From the IMG/VR virus record IMGVR_UViG_3300028898_000117: 64,000 bases of DNA; one strand, 5' to 3'. Every line of letters starts with the position of its first letter. Position 1 is the stretch's first letter. This document shows positions 43,184 through 53,555 of this stretch, piece by piece. A model generated the notes under the pieces. The model did no database searches and was not told the origin of the DNA. It worked only from the letters and a program-made list of their open reading frames with translations. The translations under genes were made by a program, and so were the position numbers. Source of the DNA: a virus.

Positions 43184-43560
43184 TGGATATGAAGGATTTA
43201 AAACAAAGCACATACGCCCAAAGCCTTACTGCTGATGAAATTGCCATATTTAATGCGATTGCAGAGAAAGAGGCTATTCATAACGAATTGGGTAAGTTTT
43301 TAAGCCAATACCGAGAAAGCATAACTGAGACCAGGAACGAATTTGTCGTGAGATTGTGCCAAAAATACCGCATTGAGAAGCCTTCAGAGGTTATGTACGA
43401 CCAAATTTCTCAAAGATTGGTTTCGATCTATCATACTGGAGTAAAAGCGCATAAAATTACTATGAGACCTTATGCTTTTACCGAGTTAGCACAAGCATTG
43501 TTTTTGGATGCAGTGAAGAAGTTGGGAGAAATGTTAAGGCAAACGAAAGGTAATGTATGA
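43180..43560 (+). CDS. hypothetical protein
   Basis: 126 aa with GTGA coupling (GTG start overlapping the upstream TGA stop). Confidence 0.55.
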   Translation: MMDMKDLKQSTYAQSLTADEIAIFNAIAEKEAIHNELGKFLSQYRESITETRNEFVVRLCQKYRIEKPSEVMYDQISQRLVSIYHTGVKAHKITMRPYAFTELAQALFLDAVKKLGEMLRQTKGNV

Positions 43561-43805
43561 CAAGCCAGACAAAGACAAGACTGTATAGGATGAACGAAAA
43601 ACCGAACTACAACGACAAACCCATCCCACCTGCTGTGACGATGAAAGATGGTGATGCGAAGATAAAAAAAGTTCATATCGAGCTTTTTTTGAGAACGAAA
43701 GATGTTCCGTTGTGGGAAAGAGGAGGCAAAATAGCATTTGCCAAATCAAACGGTAAAGAGTTCGCAACCGATGCAGAGTTTGAAGAATTGTTTAAGAAAT
43801 ATTAA
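43557..43805 (+). CDS. hypothetical protein
   Basis: 82 aa with ATGA coupling. Confidence 0.5.
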   Translation: MTSQTKTRLYRMNEKPNYNDKPIPPAVTMKDGDAKIKKVHIELFLRTKDVPLWERGGKIAFAKSNGKEFATDAEFEELFKKY

Positions 43806-43825
43806 TTTTTTAAGGAGGTATTGAA

Positions 43826-45976
43826 ATGGGTAGAACGGCTGTATTTAACGGTCTGGAACTCGTCATACCTGATGCGTACTCAGCACTGGATGTTAGCCGA
43901 CTTCTCACTCCCACGAGCGGTGGAGTTGGTATCGTCGCTCTGGTTGGGGAAGCTGACGGAGGCAAGCCTGGACTTCATATTTTCCCTGGTGGTGCATCGC
44001 CACAAGTGGTTAAGAACGAGTTGAAGTCAGGTCCACTAGCAGACATGTGTCGATTGGCACTTCGTTCTGGTTCTGACAATCTTGTTCAGGCTGGCGCATC
44101 GACTGTGCTTGCTTTTAAAACAAATAATTCGACTCAATCTACACTAGATATGGGTGGTGTAGCGACTGGCGTTGCTGAAGTTCGACAATTCACTACTCGC
44201 GCAGATGTGAGTGGGGATTTGAACAACACTTATTTGGACAATTTGTATGATGGCCTTGGAAACGGCTACTACATCTGGTTCAACATCAATGGCGCTGGAG
44301 TGGACCCTGCCTTGGCTGGTAAGACTGGCATCATGATAGCTGGTGCGACAAATGCATCTGCGAATTTTTTCGCAACTACTATCAGATCAACCGTCGCAGC
44401 TATTTCAGGAGGAACAAAGTTTGCAACCAGCGGATCTGTAGCACAAGTTATTATCACTAACTTGAATACTGGAGCAGCAGTTGACCTCGTAGATGGCGCG
44501 GTTCCTACAGGATTTACTGGAATTTCAACAACCGTTCAAGGTGTGACAGCAGATTCAGTTGGAGCGATAAAACTTCGCACAAAGCAGTATGGTTTATTTA
44601 CTGCTCAATACACTGGAGAAGCTGCAACAAGTAGCGGTAAGAAATTCGTTACAGTTCGTGACGAAAAAGGTATTCCTGAAATTTCGGTTGGAGTTGGTTC
44701 AGACATTTATGCAAGTTTGCAATACACCGGAAACGGAAGTGCTGCGACTGCAACGCTGAAATATGTTTCAAGTGATTTGAAACTTCAATCGACATTGACT
44801 GGTCAGTCAGATGGTTCTGAGAATTTAGATGTTGTCGTTACTTTGATGACACTCACTCAGTTGAAAAATTATCTGTCTACTTTGATCGGATATACCTTGG
44901 ACATCACTCCAGGCAAAGAGCAATTTTTGGTGAAGGATTTGGATTTAACCTTATCTGCAACCAGCATTAAGTCACCTGCGAAAATAGATCATAAAGCAAG
45001 TATTTATGAGCTTATTCAGTGGGGAAATAGTCAGTCAAAACTTGTGACTGTAGAGCGTGGTGCCTTGAATGAAGGTGACACAGTTCCAGGCACATTTGAC
45101 ATTGCTCAATTCGCGGGTGGAACTCGAGGAAGTACTGCGAACTCAGATGTTCAAGATGCGCTCAACGAATTGTTGAATGTGCGTATTAACATTTTGGTTC
45201 CTTTATTTAGCTCAGATAGCCAAGATGGTTCAACGGTAACTATCTCTGCGATCAATGCTCAAGTAAAAGACCATGTTCAGTCTCGATCAAGCATTCTTGG
45301 TCGAAGTGAAGCTCAATCGTATGTGAGTGTGAAGGGCAGTAAAGCTGACTTTATCACTATGATTCAGTCGATGAACTCAAGACGTGTTGCTGTCACATCA
45401 CAGATCGTCACTGATCTTGATATTGATGGAAACGTCAAGGTGTTCGATGAGTACGCATTCGCAGTTGTGTGCGCTCAAACACAAGCTGGTAGCCCGATTG
45501 GTACAGATTTAACTTACCGATCATTGCCAGTAATTGGCTTGAGTCAGGATGTTTCGTGGGACCCAGTACAAGATGGACCTGAGTTAATCAAAAAAGGTGC
45601 ATTGATTGGTGGACCAGACGAGAACAACACTTTGCGAGTGATAGCTGGTTACACAAGCTGGTTGCAGGATGATAACAATGCCAACATCTACATTGAAACT
45701 GTGGAATCGTTGGATATTTTCTCTTTCAATCATCGCAAGTTCATGAAACAGCGTTTCCTTGGAAAAACAACATTCACTCGTCAAGACGTGGTGGATGCAA
45801 TCGAGGAGTCGTTGCAAGTGGAGCGAGACACAACCAAGTCAATCAAGGGATTTGATAAAACTTTAATCAAGATTGTCTCTGCAACCGCAGGTCGATTGGA
45901 GTATGAAGTAGCTGTTGTACCTTTCGAGGGCATCAAGTTCATCCTTCCAACCGTTGTGGCAATCAGAGAGTCTTAA
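43826..45976 (+). CDS. contractile tail sheath protein
   Basis: 716 aa with a strong AAGGAGG RBS. It is followed by a ~165-aa tube-sized gene, two chaperone-sized genes and the tape measure gene. The N-terminus is VGIVALVGEADGG. Confidence 0.7.
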   Translation: MGRTAVFNGLELVIPDAYSALDVSRLLTPTSGGVGIVALVGEADGGKPGLHIFPGGASPQVVKNELKSGPLADMCRLALRSGSDNLVQAGASTVLAFKTNNSTQSTLDMGGVATGVAEVRQFTTRADVSGDLNNTYLDNLYDGLGNGYYIWFNINGAGVDPALAGKTGIMIAGATNASANFFATTIRSTVAAISGGTKFATSGSVAQVIITNLNTGAAVDLVDGAVPTGFTGISTTVQGVTADSVGAIKLRTKQYGLFTAQYTGEAATSSGKKFVTVRDEKGIPEISVGVGSDIYASLQYTGNGSAATATLKYVSSDLKLQSTLTGQSDGSENLDVVVTLMTLTQLKNYLSTLIGYTLDITPGKEQFLVKDLDLTLSATSIKSPAKIDHKASIYELIQWGNSQSKLVTVERGALNEGDTVPGTFDIAQFAGGTRGSTANSDVQDALNELLNVRINILVPLFSSDSQDGSTVTISAINAQVKDHVQSRSSILGRSEAQSYVSVKGSKADFITMIQSMNSRRVAVTSQIVTDLDIDGNVKVFDEYAFAVVCAQTQAGSPIGTDLTYRSLPVIGLSQDVSWDPVQDGPELIKKGALIGGPDENNTLRVIAGYTSWLQDDNNANIYIETVESLDIFSFNHRKFMKQRFLGKTTFTRQDVVDAIEESLQVERDTTKSIKGFDKTLIKIVSATAGRLEYEVAVVPFEGIKFILPTVVAIRES

Positions 45977-45988
45977 TAGGGAGGGCTA

Positions 45989-46489
45989 ATGCAATCAGAA
46001 GTTTTTTCAGGCGCACGATGCGTCTTCAAAGCAGACGGTAAGCCCGTAGGATACGCACTAGGCGTCAGTGGCTCCTCTGCTATTAATTATCAACCTCTGA
46101 GTGTTTTAGGACACTTGGAAGTTGTAGAGCATGTACCTGTTGGATATGCGGTTGAATTGTCAGCGAATCTTGCGCGAATTGCGAGAGCGACTCGAGTAGG
46201 AAATTTTGCCAATTTTCCAGGCCTACGTTCGGATGTTGAAGGCGGTCTTGAGTCACCTCAGATCATGCCAGCATTTGGAGCGAATGGCTTAAGTATTCTT
46301 CAGTCTGGTGAATTGAGTGCGGTCATTTATGACGTGGTGACTCAATCGAGTTTGTACACTATCAGTGGTGTCAAGTGCTCTAATAAAGCATGGGACATTC
46401 AAGCTGGAGGCATGGTAGCAGAGAATTGCACATTTGTTGCCAGAATCTTAGCAGAGGGTGGACAAAACGAAGGAACTATCGGACAATAA
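45989..46489 (+). CDS. tail tube protein
   Basis: 166 aa, directly after the sheath gene and followed by a terminator. The call rests on position and size. Confidence 0.55.
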   Translation: MQSEVFSGARCVFKADGKPVGYALGVSGSSAINYQPLSVLGHLEVVEHVPVGYAVELSANLARIARATRVGNFANFPGLRSDVEGGLESPQIMPAFGANGLSILQSGELSAVIYDVVTQSSLYTISGVKCSNKAWDIQAGGMVAENCTFVARILAEGGQNEGTIGQ

Positions 46490-46513
46490 TTTTAATTATC
46501 GACAATGGTAATG

Positions 46514-46542
46514 GGGGGAGTTTCGCTCCCCCTGAATTTTTT
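46514..46542 (+). terminator. rho-independent terminator after sheath-tube genes
   Basis: GGGGGAG-tttcg-CTCCCCC hairpin, then TGAATTTTTT. Confidence 0.7.
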
Positions 46543-46558
46543 GTAAGACGAGGTAAGT

Positions 46559-46945
46559 ATGTCGAAGGTAGAAAAAGAAACAATCATCAATTATAAATTT
46601 GAATCGAAAATGAAGGATGTTGGGACATTTGAAATCCCTCGCCTCAAACTTCGCAGACGATCACCAAGGCTTGATGCTGGTCTTGTGACTACAAAATCAG
46701 CCTTGACTGGCGGTTTGCCTCCAATCACCAGAGGAGAACAGGTTTTGATTGATGCTATCGCGACACTGACAGTTTACATGGAACCAGTGAATGAAAAGGG
46801 AGAATCTGACCCAAAAATCAGTTCAAATTGGGTTGACGATATTCTCGATCAAGACATTGTTTTTGATCTTTTCAACAAATGGATGGACTATCAAAATAGT
46901 TTTTATGTGACGGAGGATAAGAATGCTCCTCCAGCGCAAGCCTAA
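46559..46945 (+). CDS. tail assembly chaperone candidate
   Basis: 128 aa, in the canonical slot between the tube and tape measure genes. Confidence 0.45.
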   Translation: MSKVEKETIINYKFESKMKDVGTFEIPRLKLRRRSPRLDAGLVTTKSALTGGLPPITRGEQVLIDAIATLTVYMEPVNEKGESDPKISSNWVDDILDQDIVFDLFNKWMDYQNSFYVTEDKNAPPAQA

Positions 46946-47585
46946 ACTTCCTTTTAAGCCTCTACATCAAGAGCAAGCCGAGAAAAAACAACGGCAGGAA
47001 TTTGAGATAGAGGCTAAAAAATATCAAGAAACCCACATCTTGTGGGTAGAATCCATCAAAAAATTAGCTCGTCAAAACATCAATAACGACATGCAGTACA
47101 TGAGAATTGCATGGACGAATCGTTTTGGCATACCAAAATACCAAGCGCCCGATGAATACACCCCAGAAGAAATGCTGCTTGAAACCTGGGAGCAGTATTA
47201 CTATGAAAATCCTGCAAACCTTGAAATGAATGGAATTTTTCAGAGGAAAAACTCGGCGACTGGGTACAAGTATTACGTCACTGGAGACCCAGTTATTGAT
47301 GCGTTGGAAAAAGAATTTGCTGAAGGAAAGGTCCCTGATCTCGAAAAAGCCTTTGGACACATCAAAAATGGTCCTGATTTTTTCCGTTCCTACTATCGAA
47401 ACAACATTCCAGCAGAAAAGTTATATCAGGACGTGAAAAAAAATGAGAAAGGGGAGAAAATATCAGAAGCAGGGACAAAAGTGGAAGTTGACCAGTACAA
47501 AGGTTCAGATGAGTGGGTAAAAGATGCTTTGACCGAAGACCCTGTGATGAAATTGATGGCCGAAAAATTGGGAGTTAAACCGTAA
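46923..47585 (+). CDS. second tail assembly/chaperone-slot protein
   Basis: 220 aa with its own GGAGGA RBS and ATG. It overlaps the upstream gene by 23 nt. Confidence 0.45.
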   Translation: MLLQRKPKLPFKPLHQEQAEKKQRQEFEIEAKKYQETHILWVESIKKLARQNINNDMQYMRIAWTNRFGIPKYQAPDEYTPEEMLLETWEQYYYENPANLEMNGIFQRKNSATGYKYYVTGDPVIDALEKEFAEGKVPDLEKAFGHIKNGPDFFRSYYRNNIPAEKLYQDVKKNEKGEKISEAGTKVEVDQYKGSDEWVKDALTEDPVMKLMAEKLGVKP

Positions 47586-49879
47586 TGCCTAAATACGAAG
47601 AGGATATTGGAGCAGGTGACGTTTCTGGAGCAATAGGGGCCAATACGCAGCAAATCGCCTCAATGCAGGTCCAGATGGATAAGATCAATCATTCGCTTGA
47701 TCGCATGCTCAATTTGTTCGGAAAAACCCGTGATCTGACAAGAAGTGAAATTACTGAATTAAAAGCATTTCGTGAAGAGATAAGCAGAGCTGCTCAAGAA
47801 TTTCATTCAATGAACGATGCCAATATCAAAGGCATGTCGGATTTTTCTATTTATCAAAAAAAACTTGAAGAAAATATCGAGAGCTACAAAAAGAAAGCTT
47901 TAGATGCTGAATCACAAATCAAAAAAGCTCGTGAGCAAAATCAAAAAATCGAGGCAAATGTAACTGGGCGTTTCGCTAAAGATAAAAACAAAATGCTCCG
48001 TGATGAATTGCAAACACAGGAAAAAAATTCAGCTCGCCTTCGTCAAATGGCAAAAGAGCGATTGGATGAAAACAAAAAAATCATCGACCAAAATGCTCAA
48101 ATTGCAAAAACATCCAAGCAGCAAGCAGAATCAAATAGCGTTTCGCTCAAAAAAGCCGAGGAAATGTCGAAAAGATATAAAGATATTCGGCAAGAGCAAT
48201 CGCGAAGTGTTGACTTACTTGAGGTAGCTGCTGACCTTCACCTTCCAGGCGTTTCTCATGCTGCAACGGTAGCGAAATATGCTCGTCGTGGATATGAGAG
48301 TATGGTCCCAGCCGAAGATGAGGCAGGTGGACTCGGTGCCTTGGGAGGCATGGCTGGAAGAGGACTTGGATTAGCTGGCGGCGCTCTTGCTGGTGGAGCT
48401 ATTGCATTCGGTGGTTACACTGCCTTGCAAGGTTACAGAGCCTACAATATGGCAAATCAAATGGCACCGATGGCAAGGACTCTTGCTGGGCAGATGGGTC
48501 CTGGTTCCGTTGCTGGTAGACAGCAGGCCGTACAAGCTTATGGCGGTTACGGCGGTATGGAACAATTGCCAACTCTCATGAATCTTAACCGCGCAATAGG
48601 CGGTCAATACGGCATCCAAAACATGAGAAATATCACTGACGCTGCAAATCGCTTTGGAATATCGAGAGAAGAGGCAATAGGCGGTGCTGGCGAATTAACT
48701 AGGGCGGGTGTAGCTCCAGGCCAAGCAGTAGAGCAGCAAGCGAAAATTTTAAGCGAAGGCGTGAAATCTGGAATGGATAGAGCGCGAGCTACTGAATTTT
48801 TACAACAAGTCACAAACTTGCAAAAAGAAATTTTCAGATTAACAGGTGAGCAGTCTCCAGAAAATATCGCAAAATCTTTGGGCGCATTGATGAGCGCAAG
48901 CGGCATGGGAGCACGTTTCGCACAAGGACCAGCTATGCAAGCTGTTTCTGGCATAGATCAGGCAATTAAAGCTACCGGAATGGGTAGGATGCAAGGATCT
49001 GCCGCTGGAACACTCATGCGAGCATTCGGTTTTGGCCAAGGCGGTCAAACTGGAATGGAATCTCTCTATCAAACAAATAAAATGATGGAGGGTGGTGTGT
49101 TCTCAGGAAAACCTGGAGAACAGATCGGAAAAATCAATAAAGTATTTGAGCAATACATGATGGAGGCTGGCGGCGAAAAAAATAAGCATGCCGCATTCGA
49201 GAGAATGTCTAAAGAGCTTGGGATTGGTAGAAACCAACTCGAATCTTTGGATGCAATTCGCAAAAAAGCTCCAGGTGAATTGACTAAAAAGGACATGAGC
49301 GACCTTAAAAAACTTCAAGAGGAGTCTAAAGATCCATTATTGCAATTGCTTGATATTAATAAAAAAATGGATGCCAACCTTGCTATTCTCGCTGGTTCAA
49401 ACTCAGGCGTAGGAAGTTTTATTAAAATTGCAAATATGCAATTGAGTGTTCAGCAACAATCTCTTGAGGTTTTAAAAACCATGGCTGGGATTGCATCTCC
49501 AGACGAAACAAAGGGTGAGTCTTTCCTTGGAAACATGGCCGATTTTGCTGGCGGCGCAATGAAAAACGTCATGAAGATGATACCAGGAATGAATACAGGT
49601 GTTCAGGCTTACGATGTTTTAAAATATGGTTCAGAAAAATTAGGCATGGACAAATACGTCGATAAGGCGAAATCATTTGTTAAAGATAAAATTGGCTTGG
49701 GTGGTTCTTCTGATGCATCTGGTGGTTCATCAAAATCGGAAATGGATAATACTCGAGCTACACATGAAAACACAAAAGAGTTGAGAGAACTAAGAAAACA
49801 ACTTGCAAACTCAGGCGGTCAAAGTAGTTATTCAGTGTCAGCAAAAAAACCACAGATGAAACCAGCTCACGCGAGGTAG
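47585..49879 (+). CDS. tail tape measure protein
   Basis: 764 aa. A long coiled-coil N-terminal third is followed by Gly/Ala-rich hydrophobic segments (GGLGALGGMAGRGLGLAGGALAGGAIAFGG). The position is canonical. Confidence 0.7.
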   Translation: MPKYEEDIGAGDVSGAIGANTQQIASMQVQMDKINHSLDRMLNLFGKTRDLTRSEITELKAFREEISRAAQEFHSMNDANIKGMSDFSIYQKKLEENIESYKKKALDAESQIKKAREQNQKIEANVTGRFAKDKNKMLRDELQTQEKNSARLRQMAKERLDENKKIIDQNAQIAKTSKQQAESNSVSLKKAEEMSKRYKDIRQEQSRSVDLLEVAADLHLPGVSHAATVAKYARRGYESMVPAEDEAGGLGALGGMAGRGLGLAGGALAGGAIAFGGYTALQGYRAYNMANQMAPMARTLAGQMGPGSVAGRQQAVQAYGGYGGMEQLPTLMNLNRAIGGQYGIQNMRNITDAANRFGISREEAIGGAGELTRAGVAPGQAVEQQAKILSEGVKSGMDRARATEFLQQVTNLQKEIFRLTGEQSPENIAKSLGALMSASGMGARFAQGPAMQAVSGIDQAIKATGMGRMQGSAAGTLMRAFGFGQGGQTGMESLYQTNKMMEGGVFSGKPGEQIGKINKVFEQYMMEAGGEKNKHAAFERMSKELGIGRNQLESLDAIRKKAPGELTKKDMSDLKKLQEESKDPLLQLLDINKKMDANLAILAGSNSGVGSFIKIANMQLSVQQQSLEVLKTMAGIASPDETKGESFLGNMADFAGGAMKNVMKMIPGMNTGVQAYDVLKYGSEKLGMDKYVDKAKSFVKDKIGLGGSSDASGGSSKSEMDNTRATHENTKELRELRKQLANSGGQSSYSVSAKKPQMKPAHAR

Positions 49880-49880
49880 T

Positions 49881-51941
49881 ATGGGATTTTTCGATAATTC
49901 ATTAATACCAGATCGCGTAAGTTCAATTTTTCGTCCATCAAACAACAATATCAACGACGATGCCGTTAAATACATAGCAGAACAGCAATGTGGGTGTGGC
50001 GTTCGCGTTTATCCAAACGGTGGGTCGGCACGAGAGACAATGAATTTATTCTACGAGATTTTGTCGTGCAGTATTGACACTTCAATTGGAGACATTAACG
50101 GCAGTTTTCAAATCACATTAGCCGCCACTGAACCTTGGGATGAAATTTTACAACCAGACGACTATGTTCGCATTTTCATGGGCGATCACATGGTTTCTTT
50201 TTCAAACAATCAGGGAGCAGTGAATTTTGCGTCTGGAAAATACAAACAATCCGAGGCTGGAGTTAAATTAAATAATTCTGATAAGCTACCAGACTCAACC
50301 GTCGCAGTTCCATTGACTACTGAAAATTGGTCTAGACAGGGCGATGGTAGAATTAAATATGATTCTTTAAAAAAAGTTCCAATGCTTATCATGTTTGAAA
50401 AAATGCTTGGAAAAATTGATCGAGTTCAAAAAAATGAAAGTCCTGGTTCTGCAAGCAGTGGGGCACAAGTTACTTACACAGTTACAGGGCGATCTTTTGG
50501 TTCAATTATTCAAGATGTTTCTGTGTATTATAACACAGCAATACCTGGCCTTAATCCTTACACTCTTTTTAGTGCTATCATTCAGAGTAAGCAGCAAGCT
50601 CAAAATGCCTTTGGCTTTTCTGGAAGCCCTGACTTTTTTGTGTCACAGTATTTAGCATTTTTCCTTAGCCTTATTCCTTTACCACAATGGCAATTGCCAG
50701 AATCATTAGTTAGAGATTTGGATTTGCCAACAGTGAGAGAAAAAAACGCTGCTACTGCTGGAAACTTAATAAATGTAAATGCATTCCTGACAGCTCTCAA
50801 TGCTAGTTATGCAAATGTTAACAAATTTCCTGGTCTTGATGTTTGGGTGCAGAATTTAACTCAAGCTGCAAAAGGAATAGCAAATAAAACAACCAATCCT
50901 TCGCCATTTAGCGTTCTGTCTTTGGCTGGTATTGAGTCAACTATTGGCGAGGTTATCGACACATCATCTTTGAATTCAACTACGCAAGGCTTGTATGAAA
51001 TTTTGAAATATTTTTCAAATCCAACTTGGAATGAATTTTTTTACGATCTGTGTCCAAACGGTTTAAGCAAAGGAAATTTGTTATCAAATGCTCCAGTGCC
51101 AACAATTGTTATGAGACAAAGGCCATACGACATCACCACAGACATGACCAGAAGGCTGTGCAAAGCTCAACAGTTTTATGGAAATAAAATTTCAAATTTT
51201 CCACGTTTCACAGATGCTTTAGGTAAATCATTATTGGATTTGAATGACTCCGCGATTACTGTTTTTGGTAGAACACAAAATCCTAATGTGAATTCAATCA
51301 CTCAAGCTTTATCTGGATTTCCAGAAGAGCTAAAGGGTGTAAAAACAGCAATACCAATGAGCGTTGGATATGAAGTCGGAGTGTCGTCACACGACAGAAT
51401 AAACGCTTACTCGTGTCTCCCAGAAGGCCATGGTTCAATGAAGGATATTTATAGCAGAACAGCTATGGTCGAACAGGGCATTTTTGGATTTGATGTTGAA
51501 GATATTTTGCATCACGGATTTAGAATGATGGAAGTTTCAACAATATATTGTGGTGGTCAGGGTGGAAAACTTAAAAATGCCAATTTCTATGCTCAATTAA
51601 AGGCTTTTAGTAAGCTATTGCAAAATTGGTACTTTATGAACCCTGGATTTTTCAATGGCAGAATTACTACTCGTTTTATGCCAGAGGCGAGACTTGGGGT
51701 CCCTCTTAAGTATTATGAAACCAGAATTGACCCATGGAACCCATATCCTAAAATGGAACTATTTTACATTCAGGGAGTGAGTCACTCTTATAAAGTCGGC
51801 CAGATGTTGACAACACAATACACAGTAATTCGTGGACTTCGCTTTGATTTGACAGGTTCAAATGTTGATCAACAGCAAGAGGTTGCATCTTTAAGGAACA
51901 GGGTATTAACTTATTTCTCTGCTGGGGGAACTAAGGCATGA
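49881..51941 (+). CDS. baseplate hub / distal tail protein candidate
   Basis: 686 aa, immediately after the tape measure gene and before the spike gene. The call rests on position only. Confidence 0.4.
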   Translation: MGFFDNSLIPDRVSSIFRPSNNNINDDAVKYIAEQQCGCGVRVYPNGGSARETMNLFYEILSCSIDTSIGDINGSFQITLAATEPWDEILQPDDYVRIFMGDHMVSFSNNQGAVNFASGKYKQSEAGVKLNNSDKLPDSTVAVPLTTENWSRQGDGRIKYDSLKKVPMLIMFEKMLGKIDRVQKNESPGSASSGAQVTYTVTGRSFGSIIQDVSVYYNTAIPGLNPYTLFSAIIQSKQQAQNAFGFSGSPDFFVSQYLAFFLSLIPLPQWQLPESLVRDLDLPTVREKNAATAGNLINVNAFLTALNASYANVNKFPGLDVWVQNLTQAAKGIANKTTNPSPFSVLSLAGIESTIGEVIDTSSLNSTTQGLYEILKYFSNPTWNEFFYDLCPNGLSKGNLLSNAPVPTIVMRQRPYDITTDMTRRLCKAQQFYGNKISNFPRFTDALGKSLLDLNDSAITVFGRTQNPNVNSITQALSGFPEELKGVKTAIPMSVGYEVGVSSHDRINAYSCLPEGHGSMKDIYSRTAMVEQGIFGFDVEDILHHGFRMMEVSTIYCGGQGGKLKNANFYAQLKAFSKLLQNWYFMNPGFFNGRITTRFMPEARLGVPLKYYETRIDPWNPYPKMELFYIQGVSHSYKVGQMLTTQYTVIRGLRFDLTGSNVDQQQEVASLRNRVLTYFSAGGTKA

Positions 51942-53068
51942 TGGAAAATGATGATGGTCATATATTCCAAGATGGCATGCGAGTGGTCCCAAAATCGGAT
52001 GCCCCTGGACAAAATACAAGCGACATTTATTATCCAGTAAGAGCGGTTGTTAGAAAAGTTTACTTTGTTGACGACGATCAAAATGGTCCTGGGGACACTA
52101 TACTGTGCGACTGTTATTGTATAGATCAAGGATTGATTTTACCGAAGGTGCCATTGCTTGGCTCTAGGATAAGCTACGACAACTACATTTATCATTCACT
52201 CAAAGAGCCAACCAGAAGGCTTGATGGAAAACAATTCGATTCAAATGATCGAAGGCCTTACATAGAAGATGGCGATAGTGTTTTGATTCTTTTTGCCAAC
52301 GGAAAAATTCAATTTCCTTACATAATTGCGACAGTTCCACACCCTCAATCTGGATTTGATGGCAATACATTTGAAGGAAAAGAAATTTTTTGTCCAGACC
52401 CGAGACCAACAAGAGCTGATGGCGACTGCTATAAAATCAGGATGAATGGAACTGTATTTTTAATCGACAAAGATGGGATGGTTACTTGGTACACAACCAA
52501 TACGGTCGATAAAAATATTCCTAAAAGAAAAAAGTTTTTACTTACTCTTAATGAAAAAGACGACAGTGACGCTCCAAAAACTCAAAAATGTGAGATGGAA
52601 ATTGATGACACTGGCGAAGGTAAGTTTTGTATTCGAGTTGTGAAGGCAGATGGAAAAACAAATTCATATTGCATTGATGCGCAAAATAATAAGGTTGAAA
52701 TTGTCAATACCAATGCCACTGGCACTCAGAAAATCACACTTGATGATAGTGGATTGAAGTTCGACGTTAAGGGCGATATAGTTTACACCGCAACAGGAAA
52801 TCTAACCTTTACAGTTAATACGACAGTGTTTAACGTGACAGGTGATTTAACCATGACAGCTAGCGGGAATGCAAAATTTTCTGGTAGTGGAGGTACGACA
52901 GTTGGAAGCTCTGGCAGCACTACAAAGGTTGATGGCTCATCAGTTGAATTAGCTGGTGGTGGACAACCTGTTGCAAGACTTGGAGACCAAGCAGTAGGCA
53001 CTGGAAATCTTGGTGCTCCAGTAATTTCAAATATAACGCAGGGTTCGGCAAAGTGTACTTCGGGGTAA
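51938..53068 (+). CDS. baseplate central spike (gpV/gp45/VgrG-like) with beta-helix
   Basis: It has the OB-fold-like motif EDGDSVLILFANGKIQFPYIIATVPHP. This is followed by a repetitive beta-helix, TATGNLTFTVNTTVFNVTGDLTMTASGNAKFSGSGGTTVGSSGSTTKVDGSSVELAGGG. Confidence 0.55.
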   Translation: MMENDDGHIFQDGMRVVPKSDAPGQNTSDIYYPVRAVVRKVYFVDDDQNGPGDTILCDCYCIDQGLILPKVPLLGSRISYDNYIYHSLKEPTRRLDGKQFDSNDRRPYIEDGDSVLILFANGKIQFPYIIATVPHPQSGFDGNTFEGKEIFCPDPRPTRADGDCYKIRMNGTVFLIDKDGMVTWYTTNTVDKNIPKRKKFLLTLNEKDDSDAPKTQKCEMEIDDTGEGKFCIRVVKADGKTNSYCIDAQNNKVEIVNTNATGTQKITLDDSGLKFDVKGDIVYTATGNLTFTVNTTVFNVTGDLTMTASGNAKFSGSGGTTVGSSGSTTKVDGSSVELAGGGQPVARLGDQAVGTGNLGAPVISNITQGSAKCTSG

Positions 53069-53069
53069 T

Positions 53070-53555
53070 ATGAAAAAGACGTGCTTAGTATGTAAAATTG
53101 AAAAAGAAATTACTGAATTTTGGAGAAATCCAAACTACGAAGATGGATATTTGCGTAAATGTCGATTATGCATGAAGGCTGATAAAAAAAGTAAAAAGTC
53201 ACGATATGATGCAACAGCGAGATGGAGAAAAAAAAATCCAGATAAAAACAGAGTTTATCAAAGAAATTACTTTGATTCAATTCATGGTAGGTTCAAGCGT
53301 TATCAATATGATGCCTACAGGAGAAATTACTCTTTTTCAATTACACTGGAGCAATTTAAAGTCTTAATAGAACAAGATTGTTTTTATTGTGGTCAGGAAA
53401 AGTCAATGGGTGTCGATAGACACCAAAACAACATCGGATACCAACTAGAAAACTGTGTACCATGTTGTCAAATTTGCAATAGAATGAAAAATGATTTCAA
53501 TGGTGAAGATTTTCTCGATCATGTAAGAAAGATATTGGTGCATAGTGGCTTTTAA
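53070..53555 (+). CDS. free-standing HNH homing endonuclease
   Basis: It has an N-terminal zinc finger (CLVCKIEK...CRLC) and a C-terminal GVDRHQNNIGYQLENCVPCCQICNRMK HNH core. The gene looks AT-rich by eye and contains an A9 tract. Confidence 0.7.
   Translation: MKKTCLVCKIEKEITEFWRNPNYEDGYLRKCRLCMKADKKSKKSRYDATARWRKKNPDKNRVYQRNYFDSIHGRFKRYQYDAYRRNYSFSITLEQFKVLIEQDCFYCGQEKSMGVDRHQNNIGYQLENCVPCCQICNRMKNDFNGEDFLDHVRKILVHSGF

Noticed and set aside
46911-46945. Programmed frameshift joining the two chaperone-slot ORFs (G/GT or E/E' style)
   Set aside because: The downstream ORF is in the +1 frame, not the -1 frame. That frame is open only from 46911. I saw no slippery heptamer there. The ORF also has its own GGAGGA RBS and ATG, so independent initiation is simpler.
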